Source of the DNA: Eledone cirrhosa
Lineage: Eukaryota
Assembly (NCBI GenBank): GCA_964016885.1
Contig: OZ024743.1
Span: forward strand, 181,474,001 to 181,538,000
Reading direction: 5' to 3'
DNA length: 64,000 nt
Shown here: positions 13,881 through 27,889 of the stretch, piece by piece
Layout of the letters: every line of letters begins with the position of its first letter
How positions within the stretch are numbered: position 1 is the stretch's first letter
Position numbers and translations under genes: made by a program
Notes under the pieces: model-generated
Databases searched by the model: none
Told to the model about the DNA's origin: nothing
What the model saw: the letters and a program-made list of their open reading frames with translations, nothing else

Positions 13881-14699
13881 ATTGTGTTGTTGTTGTTGTT
13901 GTTATTGGTGGTGGTTTGGTAATTGTGTTGTTGTTGTTGTTATTATTGGTGGTGATTTGCTAATTGTGTTGTTGTTGTTGTTATTGGTGGTGGTTTGGTA
14001 ATTGTGTTGTTGTTGTTGTTGTTATTGGTGGTGGTTTGGTAATTGTGTTGATTTTGTTGTTATTGGTGGTGGTTTGGTAATGGTGTTGTTGTTTCGGTTA
14101 TTGTTATTATTGGTGGTGGTTTGGTAATTGTGTTGTTGTCGTTGTTGTTGTTGTTATTGGTGGTGGTTTGGTAATTGTGTTCTTGTTGTTGTTATTATTG
14201 GTGGTGGTTTGGTAATTGTGTTGTTGTTGTTGTTGTTATTGGTGGTGGTTTGGTAATTGTGTTGATGTTGTTGTTATTGGTGGTGGTTTGGTAATGGTGT
14301 TGTTGTTTTTGTTATTGTTATTATTGGTGGTGGTTTGGTAATTGTGTTGTTGTCGTTGTTGTTGTTGTTATTGCTGGTGGTTTGGTAATTGTGTTGTTGT
14401 TTGTCTTGTTGTTGTTGTTGTTATTGGTGGTGGTTTGGTAATTGTGTTGTTGTTGTTGTTATTATTGGTGGTGGTGTGTTAATTGTGTTGTTGTTGTTAT
14501 TGGTGGAGGTTTGGTGATTGTGTTGTTGTTGTTGTTGTTATTGGTGGTGGTTTGGTAATTGTGTTTTTGTTGTTGTTATTATTGGTGGTGGTTTGGTAAT
14601 TGTGTTGTTGTTGTTGTTGTTGTTGTTATTGGTGGTGGTTTGGTAATTGTGTTGATGTATTTGTTATTGGTGGTGGTTTGGTGATTGTGTTGTTGTTGT

Positions 14700-16845
14700 T
14701 GTTGTTGTTATTGGTGGTGGTTTGGTAATTGTGTTGTTGTTGTTGTTATTATTGGTGGTGGTTTGGTAATTGTGTTGTTGTTGTTGTTATTGGTGGTGGT
14801 TTGGTAATTGTGTTGTTGTTGTTGTTGTTATTGGTGGTGGTTTGGTAATTGTGTTGTTGTTGTTGTTATTATTGGTGGTGATTTGGTAATTGTGTTGATG
14901 TTGTTGTTATTGGTGGTGGTTTGGTAATGGTGTGGTTGTTTCGGTTATTGTTATTATTGGTGGTGGTTTGGTAATTGTGTTGTTGTCGTTGTTGTTGTTG
15001 TTATTGGTGGTGGTTTGGTAATTGTGTTGTTGTTTTTGTTGTTGTTGTTGTTGTTATTGGTGGTGGTTTGGTAATTGTGTTCTTGTTGTTGTTATTATTG
15101 GTGGTGGTTTGGTAATTGTGTTGTTGTTGTTGTTGTTATTGGTGGTGGTTTGGTAATTGTGTTGATGTTGTTGTTATTGGTGGTGGTTTGGTAATGGTGT
15201 TGTTGTTTTTGTTATTGTTATTATTGGTGGTGGTTTGGTAATTGTGTTGTTGTCGTTGTTGTTGTTGTTATTGCTGGTGGTTTGGTAATTGTGTTGTTGT
15301 TTGTCTTGTTGTTGTTGTTGTTATTGGTGGTGGTTTGGTAATTGTGTTGTTGTTGTTGTTATTATTGGTGGTGGTTTGGTAATTGTGTTGATGTTGTTGT
15401 TATTGGTGGTGGTTTGGTAATTGTGTTGATGTTGTTGTTATTGGTGGCGGTTTGGTAATGGTGTTGTTGTTTTTGTTATTGTTATTATTGGTGGTGGTTT
15501 GGTAATTGTGTTGTTGTCCTTGTTGTTGTTGTTATTGGTGGTGGTTTGGTAATTGTGTTGTTGTTTTTGTTGTTGTTGTTGTTGTTGTTATTGGTGGTGG
15601 TTTGGTAATTGTGTTGTTGTTGTTGTTATTATTGGTGGTGGTTTGGTAATTGTGTTGTTGTTGTTATTGGTGGTGGTTTGGTAATTGTGTTGATGTTGTT
15701 GTTATTGGTGGTGGTTTGGTAATTGTGTTGTTGTTGTTGTTATTATTGGTGGTGGTTTGGTGATTGTGTTGTTGTTGTTGTTATTAATGGTGGTGGTTTG
15801 GTAATTGTGTTGTTGTTGTTGTTGTTGTTATTGGGGTGGTTTGGTAATTGTGTTGTTGTTGTTGTTATTATTGGTGGTGGTTTGGTAATTGTGTTGTTGT
15901 TGTTGTTATTATTGGTGGTGGTTTGGTAATTGTGTTGTTGTTGTTGTTATTATTGGTGGTGGTTTGGTAATTGTGTTGTTGTTGTTGTTATTATTGGTGG
16001 TGGTTTGGTGATTGTGTTGTTGTTGTTGTTGTTGTTATTGGTGGTGGTTTGGTAATTGTGTTGTTGTTGTTGTTATTATTGGTGGTGGTTTGGTAATTGT
16101 GTTGTTGTTGTTGTTATTATTGGTGGTGGTTTGGTAATTGTGTTGTTGTTGTTGTTATTGGTGGTGGTTTGGTAATTGTGTTGATGCTGTTGTTATTGGT
16201 GGTGGTTTGGTAATTGTGTTGTTGTTGTTGTTATTATTGGTGGTGGTTTGGTAATTGTGTTGTTGTTGTTGTTATTGGTGGTGGTTTGGTAATTGTGTTG
16301 TTGTTGTTGTTGTTGTTATTGAGGTGGTTTGGTAATTGTGTTGTTGTTGTTGTTATTATTGGTGGTGGTTTGGTAATTGTGTTGTTGTTGTTGTTATTAT
16401 TGGTGGTGGTTTGGTAATTGTGTTTTTGTTGTTGTTGTTGTTATTGGTGGTGGTTTGGTAATTGTGTTGTTGTTGTTGTTATTATTGGTGGTGGTTTGGT
16501 AATTGTGTTGTTGTTGTTGTTATTATTGGTGGTGGTTTGGTGATTGTGTTGTTGTTGTTGTTGTTGTTATTGGTGGTGGTTTGGTAATTGTGTTGTTGTT
16601 GTTGTTATTATTGGTGGTGGTTTGGTGATTGTGTTGTTGTTGTTATTATTGGTGGTGGTTTGGTAATTGTGTTGTTGTTGTTGTTGTTATTGTTGGAGGT
16701 GGTTTGGTAATTGTGTTGTTGTTGTTGTTGTTGTTATTGGTGGTGGTTTGGTAATTGTGTTGTTGTTGTTGTTATTATTGGTGGTGGTTTGGTAATTGTG
16801 TTGTTGTTGTTGTTGTTGTTGTTATTGGTGGTGGTTTAGTAATTG

Positions 16846-16879
<34 letters not shown>

Positions 16880-17146
16880 ATTGGGGTGGTTTGGTAATTG
16901 TGTTGTTGTTGTTGTTATTATTGGTGGTGGTTTGGTAATTGTGTTGTTGTTGTTGTTATTATTGGTGGTGGTTTGGTAATTGTGTTTTTGTTGTTGTTGT
17001 TGTTATTGGTGGTGGTTTGGTAATTGTGTTGTTGTTGTTGTTATTATTGGTGGTGGTTTGGTAATTGTGTTGTTGTTGTTGTTATTGGTGGTGGTTTGGT
17101 AATTGTGTTGTTGTTGTTGTTATTATTGGTGGTGGTTTGGTAAATG

Positions 17147-17177
<31 letters not shown>

Positions 17178-19608
17178 ATTGGTGGTGGTTTGGTAATTAT
17201 GTTGTTGTTGTTGTTATTGGTGGAGGTTTGGTAATTGTGTTGCTGTTGTTGTTGTTATTGGCGGTGGTTTGGTGATTGTGTTGTTGTTGTTGTTGTTATT
17301 GGTGGTGGTTTGGTAATTGTGTTGTTGTTGTTGTTATTATTGGTGGTGGTTTGGTAATTGTGTTGTTGTTGTTGTTGTTATTGGTGGTGGTTTGGTAATT
17401 GTGTTGATGTTGTTGTTGTTGTTGTTGTTGTTATTAGTGGCGTTTGGTAATTGTGTTGTGTTGTTATTGGTGGTGGTTTGCTAATTGTGTTGTTGTTGTT
17501 GTTGTTGTTATTGGTGGTGGTTTGGTAATTGTGTTGTTGTTGTTGTTGTTGTTATTGGTGGTGGTTTGGTAATTGTGTTGTTGTTGTTATTATTGGTGGT
17601 GGTTTGGTAATTGTGTTGTTGTTGTTGTTGTTATTGGTGGTGGTTTGGTAATTGTCTTTTGTTGTTGTTGTTATTGGTGGTGGTTTGGTAATTGTGTTGT
17701 TGTGGTTGTTGTTGTTGTTGTTATTATTGGTGGTGGTGTGTTAATTGTGTTGTTGTTGTTGTTGTTATTGGTGGTGGTTTGGTAATTGTGATGTTGTTGT
17801 TGTTGTTATTGGTGGTGGTTTGTTAATTGTGATGTTTTTGTTGTTGTTGTTGTTATTGGTGGTGGGTTGGTAATTGTGTTGTTGTTGTTGTTGTTATTGT
17901 TATTGTTGGTGTTTTGGTAATTGTGTTGTTGTTGTTGTTGTTGTTGTTATTGATGGTGGTTTGGTAATTGTGTTGTTGTTGTTGTTGTTATTGTTGGTGG
18001 TTTCGTAATTGTGTTGTTGTTGTTGTTGTTATTGGTGGTGATTTGGTAATTGTGTTGTTGTTGTTGTTGTTATTGGTGGTGATTTGTTAATTGTGTTGTT
18101 GTTGTTGTTATTATTGGTGGTGGTTTGGTAATTGTGTTGTTGTTGTTATTATTGCTGGTGGTTTGGTAATTGTGTTGTTGTTGTTGTTGTTATTGGTGGT
18201 GATTTGGTAATTGTGTTGTTGTTGTTGTTGTTATTGGTGGTGGTTTGGTAATTGTGTTGTTGTTGTTGTTGTTGTTATTGGTGGTGATTTGGTAATTGTG
18301 TTGTTGTTGTTGTTATTGGTGGTGATTTGGTAATTATGTTGTTGTTGTTATTATTGGTGGTGGTTTGGTAATTGTGTTGTTGTTGTTGTTATTATTGGTG
18401 GTGGTTTGGTAATTGTGTTGTTGTTGTTGTTGTTGTTATTGGTGGAGGTTTGGTAATTGTGTCGTTGTTGTTGTTGTTATTGGTGGTGGTTTGGTAATTG
18501 TGTTGTTGTTGTTGTTGTTGTTATTGATGGTGATATGGTAATTGTGTTGTTGTTGTTGTTGTTGTTGTTATTGGTGGTGGTTTGGTAATTGTGTTGTTGT
18601 TGTTGTTATTGGTGGAGGTTTGGTAATTGTGTTGTTGTTGTTGTTGTTGTTATTGTTGGTGATTTGGTAATTGTGTTGTTGTTGTTGTTGTTATTGGTGG
18701 TGATTTGGTAATTGTGTTGTTGTTGTTGTTATTATTGGTGGTGGTTTGGTAATTGTATTGTTGTTGTTATTGGTGGAGGTTTGGTGATTGTGTTGTTGTT
18801 GTTGTTGTTATTGGTGGTGGTTTGGTAATTGTGTTTTTGTTGTTGTTATTATTGGTGGTGGTTTGGTAATTGTGTTGTTGTTGTTGTTGTTGTTATTGGT
18901 GGTGGTTTGGTAATTGTGTTGATGTTGTTGTTATTGGTGGTGGTTTGGTGATTGTGTTGTTGTTGTTGTTGTTATTGGTGGTGGTTTGGTAATTGTGTTG
19001 TTGTTGTTGTTATTATTGGTGGTGATTTGGTAATTGTGTTGTTGTTGTTGTTATTGGTGGTGGTTTGGTAATTGTGTTGTTGTTGTTGTTGTTATTGGTG
19101 GTGGTTTGGTAATTGTGTTGATTTTGTTGTTATTGGTGGTGGTTTGGTAATGGTGTTGTTGTTTCGGTTATTGTTATTATTGGTGGTGGTTTGGTAATTG
19201 TGTTGTTGTCGTTGTTGTTGTTGTTATTGGTGGTGGTTTGGTAATTGTGTTGTTGTTTTTGTTGTTGTTGTTGTTGTTATTGGTGGTGGTTTGGTAATTG
19301 TGTTCTTGCTGTTGTTATTATTGGTGGTGGTTTGGTAATTGTGTTGTTGTTGTTGTTGTTATTGGTGGTGGTTTGGTAATTGTGTTGTTGTTTGTCTTGT
19401 TGTTGTTGTTATTGGTGGTGGTTTGGTAATTGTGTTGTTGTTGTTGTTATTATTGGTGGTGGTGTGTTAATTGCGTTGTTGTTGTTGTTGTTATTGGTGG
19501 TGGTTTAGTAATTGTGATGTTGTTGTTGTTGTTGTTGTTATTGGTGGTGGTTTGTTAATTGTGATGTTTTTGTTGTTGTTGTTGTTATTGGTGGTGGTTT
19601 GGTAATTG

Positions 19609-19642
<34 letters not shown>

Positions 19643-22600
19643 ATTGGTGGTGGTTTGGTAATTGTGTTGTTGTTGTTGTTGTTATTGTTGGTGGTTTCGT
19701 AATTGTGTTGTTGTTGTTGTTTTTATTGGTGGTGATTTGGTAATTGTTTTGTTGTTGTTGTTGTTATTGGTGGTGATTTGTTAATTGTGTTGTTGTTGTT
19801 GTTATTATTGGTGGTGGTTTGGTATTTGTGTTGTTGTTGTTGTTATTGGTGGAGGTTTACTGATTGTGTTGTTGTTGTTGTTGTTATTGGTGGTGGTTTG
19901 GTAATTGTGTTGATGTTGTTATTATTGGTGGTGGTTTGGTAATTGTGTTGTTGTTGTTGTTGTTATTGGTGGTGATTTGGTAATTGTGTTGTTGTTGTTG
20001 TTTTTATTGGTGGTGGTTTGGTAATTGTGTTGTTGTTGTTGTTATTATTGGTGGTGGTTTGGTAATTGTGTTGTTGTTGTTGTTATTGGTGGAGGTTTGG
20101 TAATTGTGTCGTTGTTGTTGTTGTTATTGATGGTGGTTTGGTAATTGTGTTGTTGTTGTTGTTGTTGTTGTTATTGGTGGTGGTTTGGTAATTGTGTTGT
20201 TGTTGTTGTTATTGGTGGTGCTTTGGTAATTGTGTTGTTGTTGTTGTTGTTGTTGTTATTGGTGGTGATTTGGTAATTGTGTTGTTGTTGTTGTTGTTAT
20301 TGGTGGTGATTTGGTAATTGTGTTGTTGTTGTTGTTATTATTGGTGGTGGTTTGGTAATTGTGTTGTTGTTGTTATTGGTGGAGGTTTGGTGATTGTGTT
20401 GTTGTTGTTGTTGTTATTGGTGGTGGTTTGGTAATTGTGTTTTTGTTGTTGTTATTATTGGTGGTGGTTTGGTAATTGTGTTGTTGTTGTTGTTGTTGTT
20501 GTTATTGGTGGTGGTTTGGTAATTGTGTTGTTGTTGTTGTTGTTGTTATTGGTGGTGGTTTGGTAATTATGTTGTTGTTGTTGTTGTTATTGGTGGTGAT
20601 TTGGTAATTGTGTTGTTGTTGTTGTTATTATTGGTGGTGGTTTGGTAATTGTATTGTTGTTGTTATTGGTGGTGGTTTGGTAATTGTGTTGTTGTTGTTG
20701 TTGTTATTGGTGGTGGTTTGGTAATTGTCTTTTGTTGTTGTTGTTATTGGTGGTGGTTTGGTAATTGTGTTGTTGTGGTTGTTGTTGTTGTTGTTATTAT
20801 TGGTGGTGGTGTGTTAATTGTGTTGTTGTTGTTGTTGTTATTGGTGGTGGTTTGGTAATTGTGATGTTGTTGTTGTTGTTGTTATTGGTGGTGGTTTGTT
20901 AATTGTGATGTTTTTGTTGTTGTTGTTGTTATTGGTGGTGGGTTGGTAATTGTGTTGTTGTTGTTGTTGTTATTGTTATTGTTGGTGTTTTGGTAATTGT
21001 GTTGTTGTTGTTGTTGTTGTTGTTATTGGTGGTGGTTTGGTAATTGTGTTGTTGTTGTTGTTGTTATTGTTGGTGGTTTCGTAATTGTGTTGTTGTTGTT
21101 GTTGTTATTGGTGGTGATTTGGTAATTGTGTTGTTGTTGTTGTTGTTATTGGTGGTGATTTGTTAATTGTGTTGTTGTTGTTGTTATTATTGGTGGTGGT
21201 TTGGTAATTGTGTTGTTGTTGTTATTGGTGGAGGTTTACTGATTGTGTTGTTGTTGTTGTTGTTATTGGTGGTGGTTTGGTAATTGTGTTGTTGTTGTTA
21301 TTATTGCTGGTGGTTTGGTAATTGTGTTGTTGTTGTTGTTGTTATTGGTGGTGATTTGGTAATTGTGTTGTTGTTGTTGTTGTTATTGGTGGTGGTTTGG
21401 TAATTGTGTTGTTGTTGTTGTTGTTGTTATTGGTGGTGATTTGGTAATTGTGTTGTTGTTGTTGTTGTTGTTACTGGTGGTGATTTGGTAATTATGTTGT
21501 TGTTATTATTGGTGGTGGTTTGGTAATTGTGTTGTTGTTGTTGTTATTATTGGTGGTGGTTTGGTAATTGTGTTGTTGTCGTTGTTGTTATTGGTGGAGG
21601 TTTGGTAATTGTGTCGTTGTTGTTGTTGTTATTGGTGGTGGTTCGGTAATTGTGTTGTTGTTGTTGTTGTTGTTGTTATTGGTGGTGGTTTGGTAATTGT
21701 GTTGTTGTTGTTGTTATTGGTGGAGGTTTGGTAATTGTGTTGTTGTTGTTGTTGTTGTTATTGGTGGTGATTTGGTAATTGTGTTGTTGTTGTTATTGGT
21801 GGTGGTTTGGTAATTGTGTTGTTGTTGTTATTGGTGGAGGTTTGGTGATTGTGTTGTTGTTGTTGTTGTTATTGGTGGTGGTTTGGAAATTGTGTTTTTG
21901 TTGTTGTTATTATTGGTGGTGGTTTGGTAATTGTGTTGTTGTTGTTGTTATTATTGGTGGTGGTTTGGTAATTGTGTTTTTGTTGTTGTTATTATTGGTG
22001 GTGGTTTGGTAATTGTGTTGTTGTTGTTGTTGTTGTTATTGGTGGTGGTTTGGTAATTGTGTTGATGTTGTTGTTATTGGTGGTGGTTTGGTGATTGTGT
22101 TGTTGTTGTTGTTGTTATTGGTGGTGGTTTTGTAATTGTGTTGTTGTTGTTGTTATTATTGGTGGTGATTTGGTAATTGTGTTGTTGTTGTTGTTATTGG
22201 TGGTGGTTTGGTAATTGTGTTGTTGTTGTTGTTGTTATTGGTGGTGGTTTGGTAATTGTGTTGATTTTGTTGTTATTGGTGGTGGTTTGGTAATTGTGTT
22301 GTTGTTGTTGTTGTTGTTATTGGTGGTGATTTGGTAATTGTGTTGTTCTTGTTGTTGTTATTGGTGGGTTTTTTTGTAATTGTGTTGTTGTTGTTGTTGT
22401 TGTTGTTATTGGTGGTGGTTTGGTAATTGTGTTGTTGTTGTTGTTATTGATTGTGGTTTGGTAATTGCGTTGTTGTTGTTGTTGTTATTATTGGTGGTGG
22501 TTTGGTAATTGTGTTGTTGTTGTTGTTGTTATTGGTGGTGGTTTGGTAATTGTGTTGTTGTTGTTGTTATTATTGGTGGTGGTTTGGTAATTGTGTTGTT

Positions 22601-23600
22601 GTTATTGTTGTTATTGGTGGTGGTTTGGTAAATGTGTTGTTGTTGTTGTTATTATTGGTGGTGGTTTGGTAATTGTGTTTTTGTTGTTGTTGCTGTTATT
22701 GGTGGTGGTTTGATGATTGTGTTGTTGTTGTTGTTATTATTGGTGGTGGTTTGCTAATTGTGTTGTTGTTGTTGTTATTGGTGGTAGTTTGGTAATTGTG
22801 TTGTTGTTGTTGTTATTATTGGTGTTGGTTTGGTAATTGTGTTGTTGTTGTTGTTATTGGTGGTGGTTTGGTGATTGTGTTGTTGTTGTTATTATTGGTG
22901 GTGGTTTGGTAATTGTGTTGTTGTTGTTGTTGTTATTGGTGGTGGTTTGGTAATTATGTTGTTGTTGTTGTTGTTGTTGTTATTGGTGGTGGTTTAGTAA
23001 TTGTGTTGTTGTTGTATTTGTTATTATTGGTGGTGGTTTGGTAATTGTGTTGTTGTTGTAGTTATTGGTGGTGGTTTGGTAATTGTGTTGTTGTTTTTGT
23101 TGTTATTGGTGGTGGTTTGGTAATTGTGTTGTTGTTGTTGTTATTGGTGGTGATTTGGTAATTGTGTTTTTGTTGTTGTTGTTATTGATTGTGGTTTGGT
23201 AATTGCGTTGTTGTTGTTGTTGTTATTATTGGTGGTGATTTGGTAATTGTGTTGTTGTTGTTGTTGTTACTGGTGGTGGTTTGGTAATTGTGTTTTTGTT
23301 GTTCTTGTTATTGGTGGTGGTTTGGTGATTTTGTTGTTGTTGTTGTTGTTGTTATTGGTGGTGGTTTTGTAATTGTGTTGTTGTTGTTGTTGTTATTATT
23401 GATGGTGGTTTGGTAATTGTGTTGTTGTTGGTGTTGTTATTGGTGGTGGTTTGGTAATTGTGTTGTTGTTGTTGTTATTATTGGTGGTAGTTTGGTAATT
23501 GTGTCGTTGTTGTTGTTATTGGTGGTGGTTTGGTGATTGTGTTGTTGTTGTTGTTGTTGTTATTGGTGGTGGTTCGGTAATTGTGTTGTTGTTGTTGTTG
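14700..23600 (+). repeat. ~9-kb block that recurs at ~34,500-44,230 (offset 19.8-20.6 kb); its first ~1.7 kb also recurs at ~29,900-31,650 (offset ~15.23 kb)
   Basis: ORF pairs 15723/35530, 16214/36021 and 16755/36562 (offset 19807), 17573/37374 (19801), 20649/41071 (20422) and 15723/30953 (15230). The rare variant AATGGTGTGGTTGTTTCGG occurs near 14941, 30168 and 34745. Confidence 0.88.
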
Positions 23601-26600
23601 TTGTTGTTATTGGTGGAGGTTTGGTAATTGTGTTGTTGTTTTTGTTGTTGTTGTTGTTATTGGTGGTGGTTCGGTAATTGTGTCGTTGTTGTTATTGGTG
23701 GTGGTTTGGTAATTGTGTTGTTGTTGTTGTTGTTATTATTGGTGGTGGTTTGGTAAATGTGTTGTTGTTGTTGTTATTGGTGGTGGTTTGGTAATTGTGT
23801 TGTTGTTGTTGTTGTTATTGGTGGTGGTGTGTTAATTGTGTTGTTGTTGTTGTTGTTATTGGTGGTGGTTTGGTAATTGTCTTTTGTTGTTGTTGTTATT
23901 GGTGGTGGTTTGGTAATTGTGTTGATGTTGTTGTTGTTATTGGTGGTGGTGTGTTAATTGTGTTGTTGTTGTTGTTGTTGTTATTGGTGGTGGTTTGGTA
24001 ATTGTGATGTTGTTGTTGTTCTTGTTGTTGTTATTGGTGGTGGTTTGCTAATTGTGTTGTTGTTCTTGTTGTTATTGGTGGTGGTTTGGTAATTGTGTTG
24101 TTGTTGTTGTTGTTGTTATTGGTGGTGGTTTGGTAATTGTGATGTTGTTGTTGTTGTTGTTGTTGTTATTGGTGGTGCTTTGTTAATTGTGATGTAGTTG
24201 TTGTTGTTGTTGTTATTGGTGGTGGTTTGGTAATTGTGTTGTTGTTGTTGTTGTTATTGTTGTTGGTTTGGTAATTGTGTTGTTGTTGTTGTTGTTATTG
24301 GTGGTGGTTTGGTAATTGTGTTGTTGTTGTTGTTGTTATTGGTGGTGATTTGGTAATTGTGTTGTTGTTGTTGTTATTATTGGTGGTGGTTTGGTAATTG
24401 TGTTGTTGTTGTTGTTATTGGTGGAGGTTTGGTGATTGTGTTGTTGTTGTTGTTGTTATTGGTGGTGGTTTGGTAATTGTGTTGTTGTTGTTGTTATTAT
24501 TGGTGGTGGTTTGGTAATTGTGTTGTTGTTGTTGTTGTTATTGGTGGTGGTTTGGTAATTGTGTTGATGTTGTTGTTATTGGTGGCGGTTTGGTGATTGT
24601 GTTGTTGTTGTTGTTGTTGTTATTGGTGGTGGTTTGGTAATTGTGTTGTTGTTGTTGTTATTATAGGTGGTGATTTGGTAATTGTGTTGTTGTTGTTGTT
24701 ATTGGTGGTGGTTTGGTAATTGTGTTGTTGTTGTTGTTGTTGTTATTGATGGTGGTTTGGTAATTGTGTTGATGTTGTTGTTATTGGTGGTGGTTTGGTA
24801 ATGGTGTTGTTGTCTTTGTTGTTGTTGTTATTGGTGGTGGTTTGGTAATTGCGTTGTTGTTTTTGTTGTTGTTGTTGTTGTTATTGGTGGTGGTTTGGTA
24901 ATTGTGTTGTTGTTGTTGTTATTATTGGTGGTGGTTTGGTAATTGTGTTGTTGTTGTTGTTGTTATTGGTGGTGGTTTGGTAATTGTGTTGTTGTTTGTG
25001 TTGTTGTTGTTGTTGTTATTGTTGGTGGTTTGGTAATTGTGTTGTTGTTGTTGTTATTATTGGTGGTGGTTTTTTAATTGTGTTGTTGTTGTTGTTGTTA
25101 TTGGTGGTGGTTTGGTAATTGTGTTGATGTTGTTGTTATTGGTGGTGGTTTGGTAATGGTGTTGTTGTTTTTGTTGTTATTGGTGGTGGTTTAGTAATTG
25201 TGTTGTTGTTGTTGTTGTTATTGGTGGTGGTTTGGTAATTGTGTTGTTGTTTTTGTTGTTGTTGTTGTTGTTATTGGTGGTGGTTTGGTAATTGTGTTGT
25301 TGTTGTTATTATTGGTGGTGGTTTGGAAATTGTGTTGTTGTTGTTGTGGTTATTGGTGGTGGTTTGGTAATTGTGTTGATGTTGTTGTTATTGGTGGTGG
25401 TTTGGTGATTGTGTTGTTGTTGTTGTTGTTATTGGTGGTGGTTTGGTAATCGTGTTGTTGTTGTTGTTATTATTGGTGGTGATTTGGTAATTGTGTTGTT
25501 GTTGTTGTTGTTATTGGTGGTGGTTTGGTAATTGTGTTGTCGTTGTTATTATTGGTGGTGGTTTGGTAATTGTGTTGTTGTTGTTATTGGTGGTGGTTTG
25601 GTAATTGTGTTGATGTTGTTGTTATTGGTGGTGGTTTGGTAATGGTGTTGTTGTTTTTGTTATTGTTATTATTGGTGGTGGTTTGGTAATTGTGTTGTTG
25701 TCGTTGTTGTTGTTGTTATTGGTGGTGGTTTGGTAATTGTGTTGTTGTTTCTGTTGTTGTTGTTGTTGTTATTGGTGGTGGTTTGGTAATTGTGTTTTTG
25801 TTGTTGTTATTATTGGTGGTGGTTTGGTAATTGTGTTGTTGTTGTTGTTGTTATTGGTGGTGGTTTGGTAATTGTGTTGATGTTGTTGTTATTGGTGGTG
25901 GTTTGGTAATGGTGTTGTTGTTTTTGTTATTGTTATTATTGGTGGTGGTTTGGTAATTGTGTTGTTGTCGTTGTTGTTGTTGTTATTGGTGGTGATTTGG
26001 TAATTGTGTTGTTGTTGTTGTTGTTGTTATTGGTGGTGGTTTGGTAATTGTGTTGTTGTTGTTGTTATTATTGGTGGTGGTTTGGTAATTGTGTTGATGT
26101 TGTTGTTATTGGTGGTGGTTTGGTGATTGTGTTGTTGGTGTTGTTGTTATTGGTGGTGGTTTGGTAATTGTGTTGTTGTTGTTGTTATTGGTGGAGGTTT
26201 GGTGATTGTGTTGTTGTTGTTTTTGTTGTTGTTGTTATTGGTGGTGGTTTGGTAATGGTGTTGTTGTTGTTGTTATTGTTATTATTGGTGGTGGTTTGGT
26301 AATTGTGTTGTTGTTTTTGTTGTTGTTGTTGTTGTTATTGGTGGTGGTTTGGTAATTGTGTTGTTGTTTTTGTTGTTGTTGTTGTTATTGGTGGTGGTTT
26401 GGTAATTGTGTTGTTGTTGTTGTTGTTGTTGTTGTTATTGGTGGTGGTTTGGTAATTGTGTTGTTGTTGTTCTTATTGGTGGTGGTGTGTTAATTGTGTT
26501 GTTGTTGTTGTTGTTGTTGTTATTGGTGGTGGTTTGGTAATTGTCTTTTGTTGTTGTTGTTATTGGTGGTGGTTTGGTAATTGTGTTGTTGTTGTTGTTG

Positions 26601-26671
26601 TTAATAGTGGTGGTGTGTTAATTGTGTTGTTGTTGTTGTTGTTGTTATTGGTGGTGGTTTGGTAATTGTGA

Positions 26672-26702
<31 letters not shown>

Positions 26703-27071
26703 ATTGGTGGTGGTTTGGTAATTGTGTTGTTGTTGTTGTTGTTATTGGTGGTGGTGTGTTAATTGTGTTGTTGTTGTTGTTGTTGTTGTTGTTATTGGTG
26801 GTGCTTTGTTAATTGTGATGTTGTTGTTGTTGTTGTTGTTATTGGTGGTGGTTTGGTAATTGTGTTGTTGTTGTTGTTGTTGTTATTGGTGGTGGTTTGG
26901 TAATTATGTTGTTGTTGTTGTTATTGTTATTGGTGGTGGTTTGGTAATTGTGTTGTTGTTGTAGTTGTTATTATTGGTGGTGGTTTGGTAATTGTGTTGT
27001 TGTTGTTGTTGTTATTGGTGGTGATTTGGTAATTGTGTTGTTGTTGTTGTTGTTATTGATTGTGGTTTGGT

Positions 27072-27843
27072 AATTGCGTTGTTGTTGTTGTTGTTATTAT
27101 TGGTGGTGGTTTGGTAATTGTGTTGTTGTTGTTGTTGTTATTGGTGGTGGTTTGGTAATTGTGTTGTTGTTGTTGTTATTATTGGTGGTGGTTTGGTAAT
27201 TGTGTTGTTGTTGTTGTTGTTATTGGTGGTGGTTTGCTAATTGTGTTGTTGTTGTTGTTGTTATTGGTGGTGGTTTGGTGATTTTGTTGTTGTTGTTGTT
27301 GTTATTGGTGGTGGTTTTGTAATTGTGTTGTTGTTGTTGTTATTATTGATGGTGGTTTGGTAATTGTGTTGTTGTTGTTGTTGTTGTTATTGGTGGTGGT
27401 TTGGTAATTGTGTTGTTGTTGTTGTTATTATTGGTGGTGGTTTGGTAATTGTGTCGTTGTTGTTGTTGTTATTGGTGGTGGTTTTGTGATTGTGTTGTTG
27501 TTGTTGTTGTTATTGGTGGTGGTTCGGTAATTGTGTTGTTGTTCTTGTTGTTGTTGTTGTTATTGGTGGAGGTTTGGTAATTGTGTTGTTTTTTTGTTGT
27601 TGTTGTTGTTGTTATTGGTGGTGGTTTGGTAATTTTGTTGTTGTTGGTGTTGTTGTTATTGGTGGTGGTTTGGTAATTGTGTTGTTGTTGTTGTTATTGG
27701 TGGTGGTTTGGTAATTGTGTTGTTGTTGTTGTTATTGGTGGTGGTTTGGTAATTGTGTTGTTGGTGTTGTTGTTATTGGTGGTGGTGTGTTAATTGTGTT
27801 GTTGTTGTTGTTGTTGTTATTGGTGGTGGTTTGGTAATTGTGA

Positions 27844-27889
<46 letters not shown>

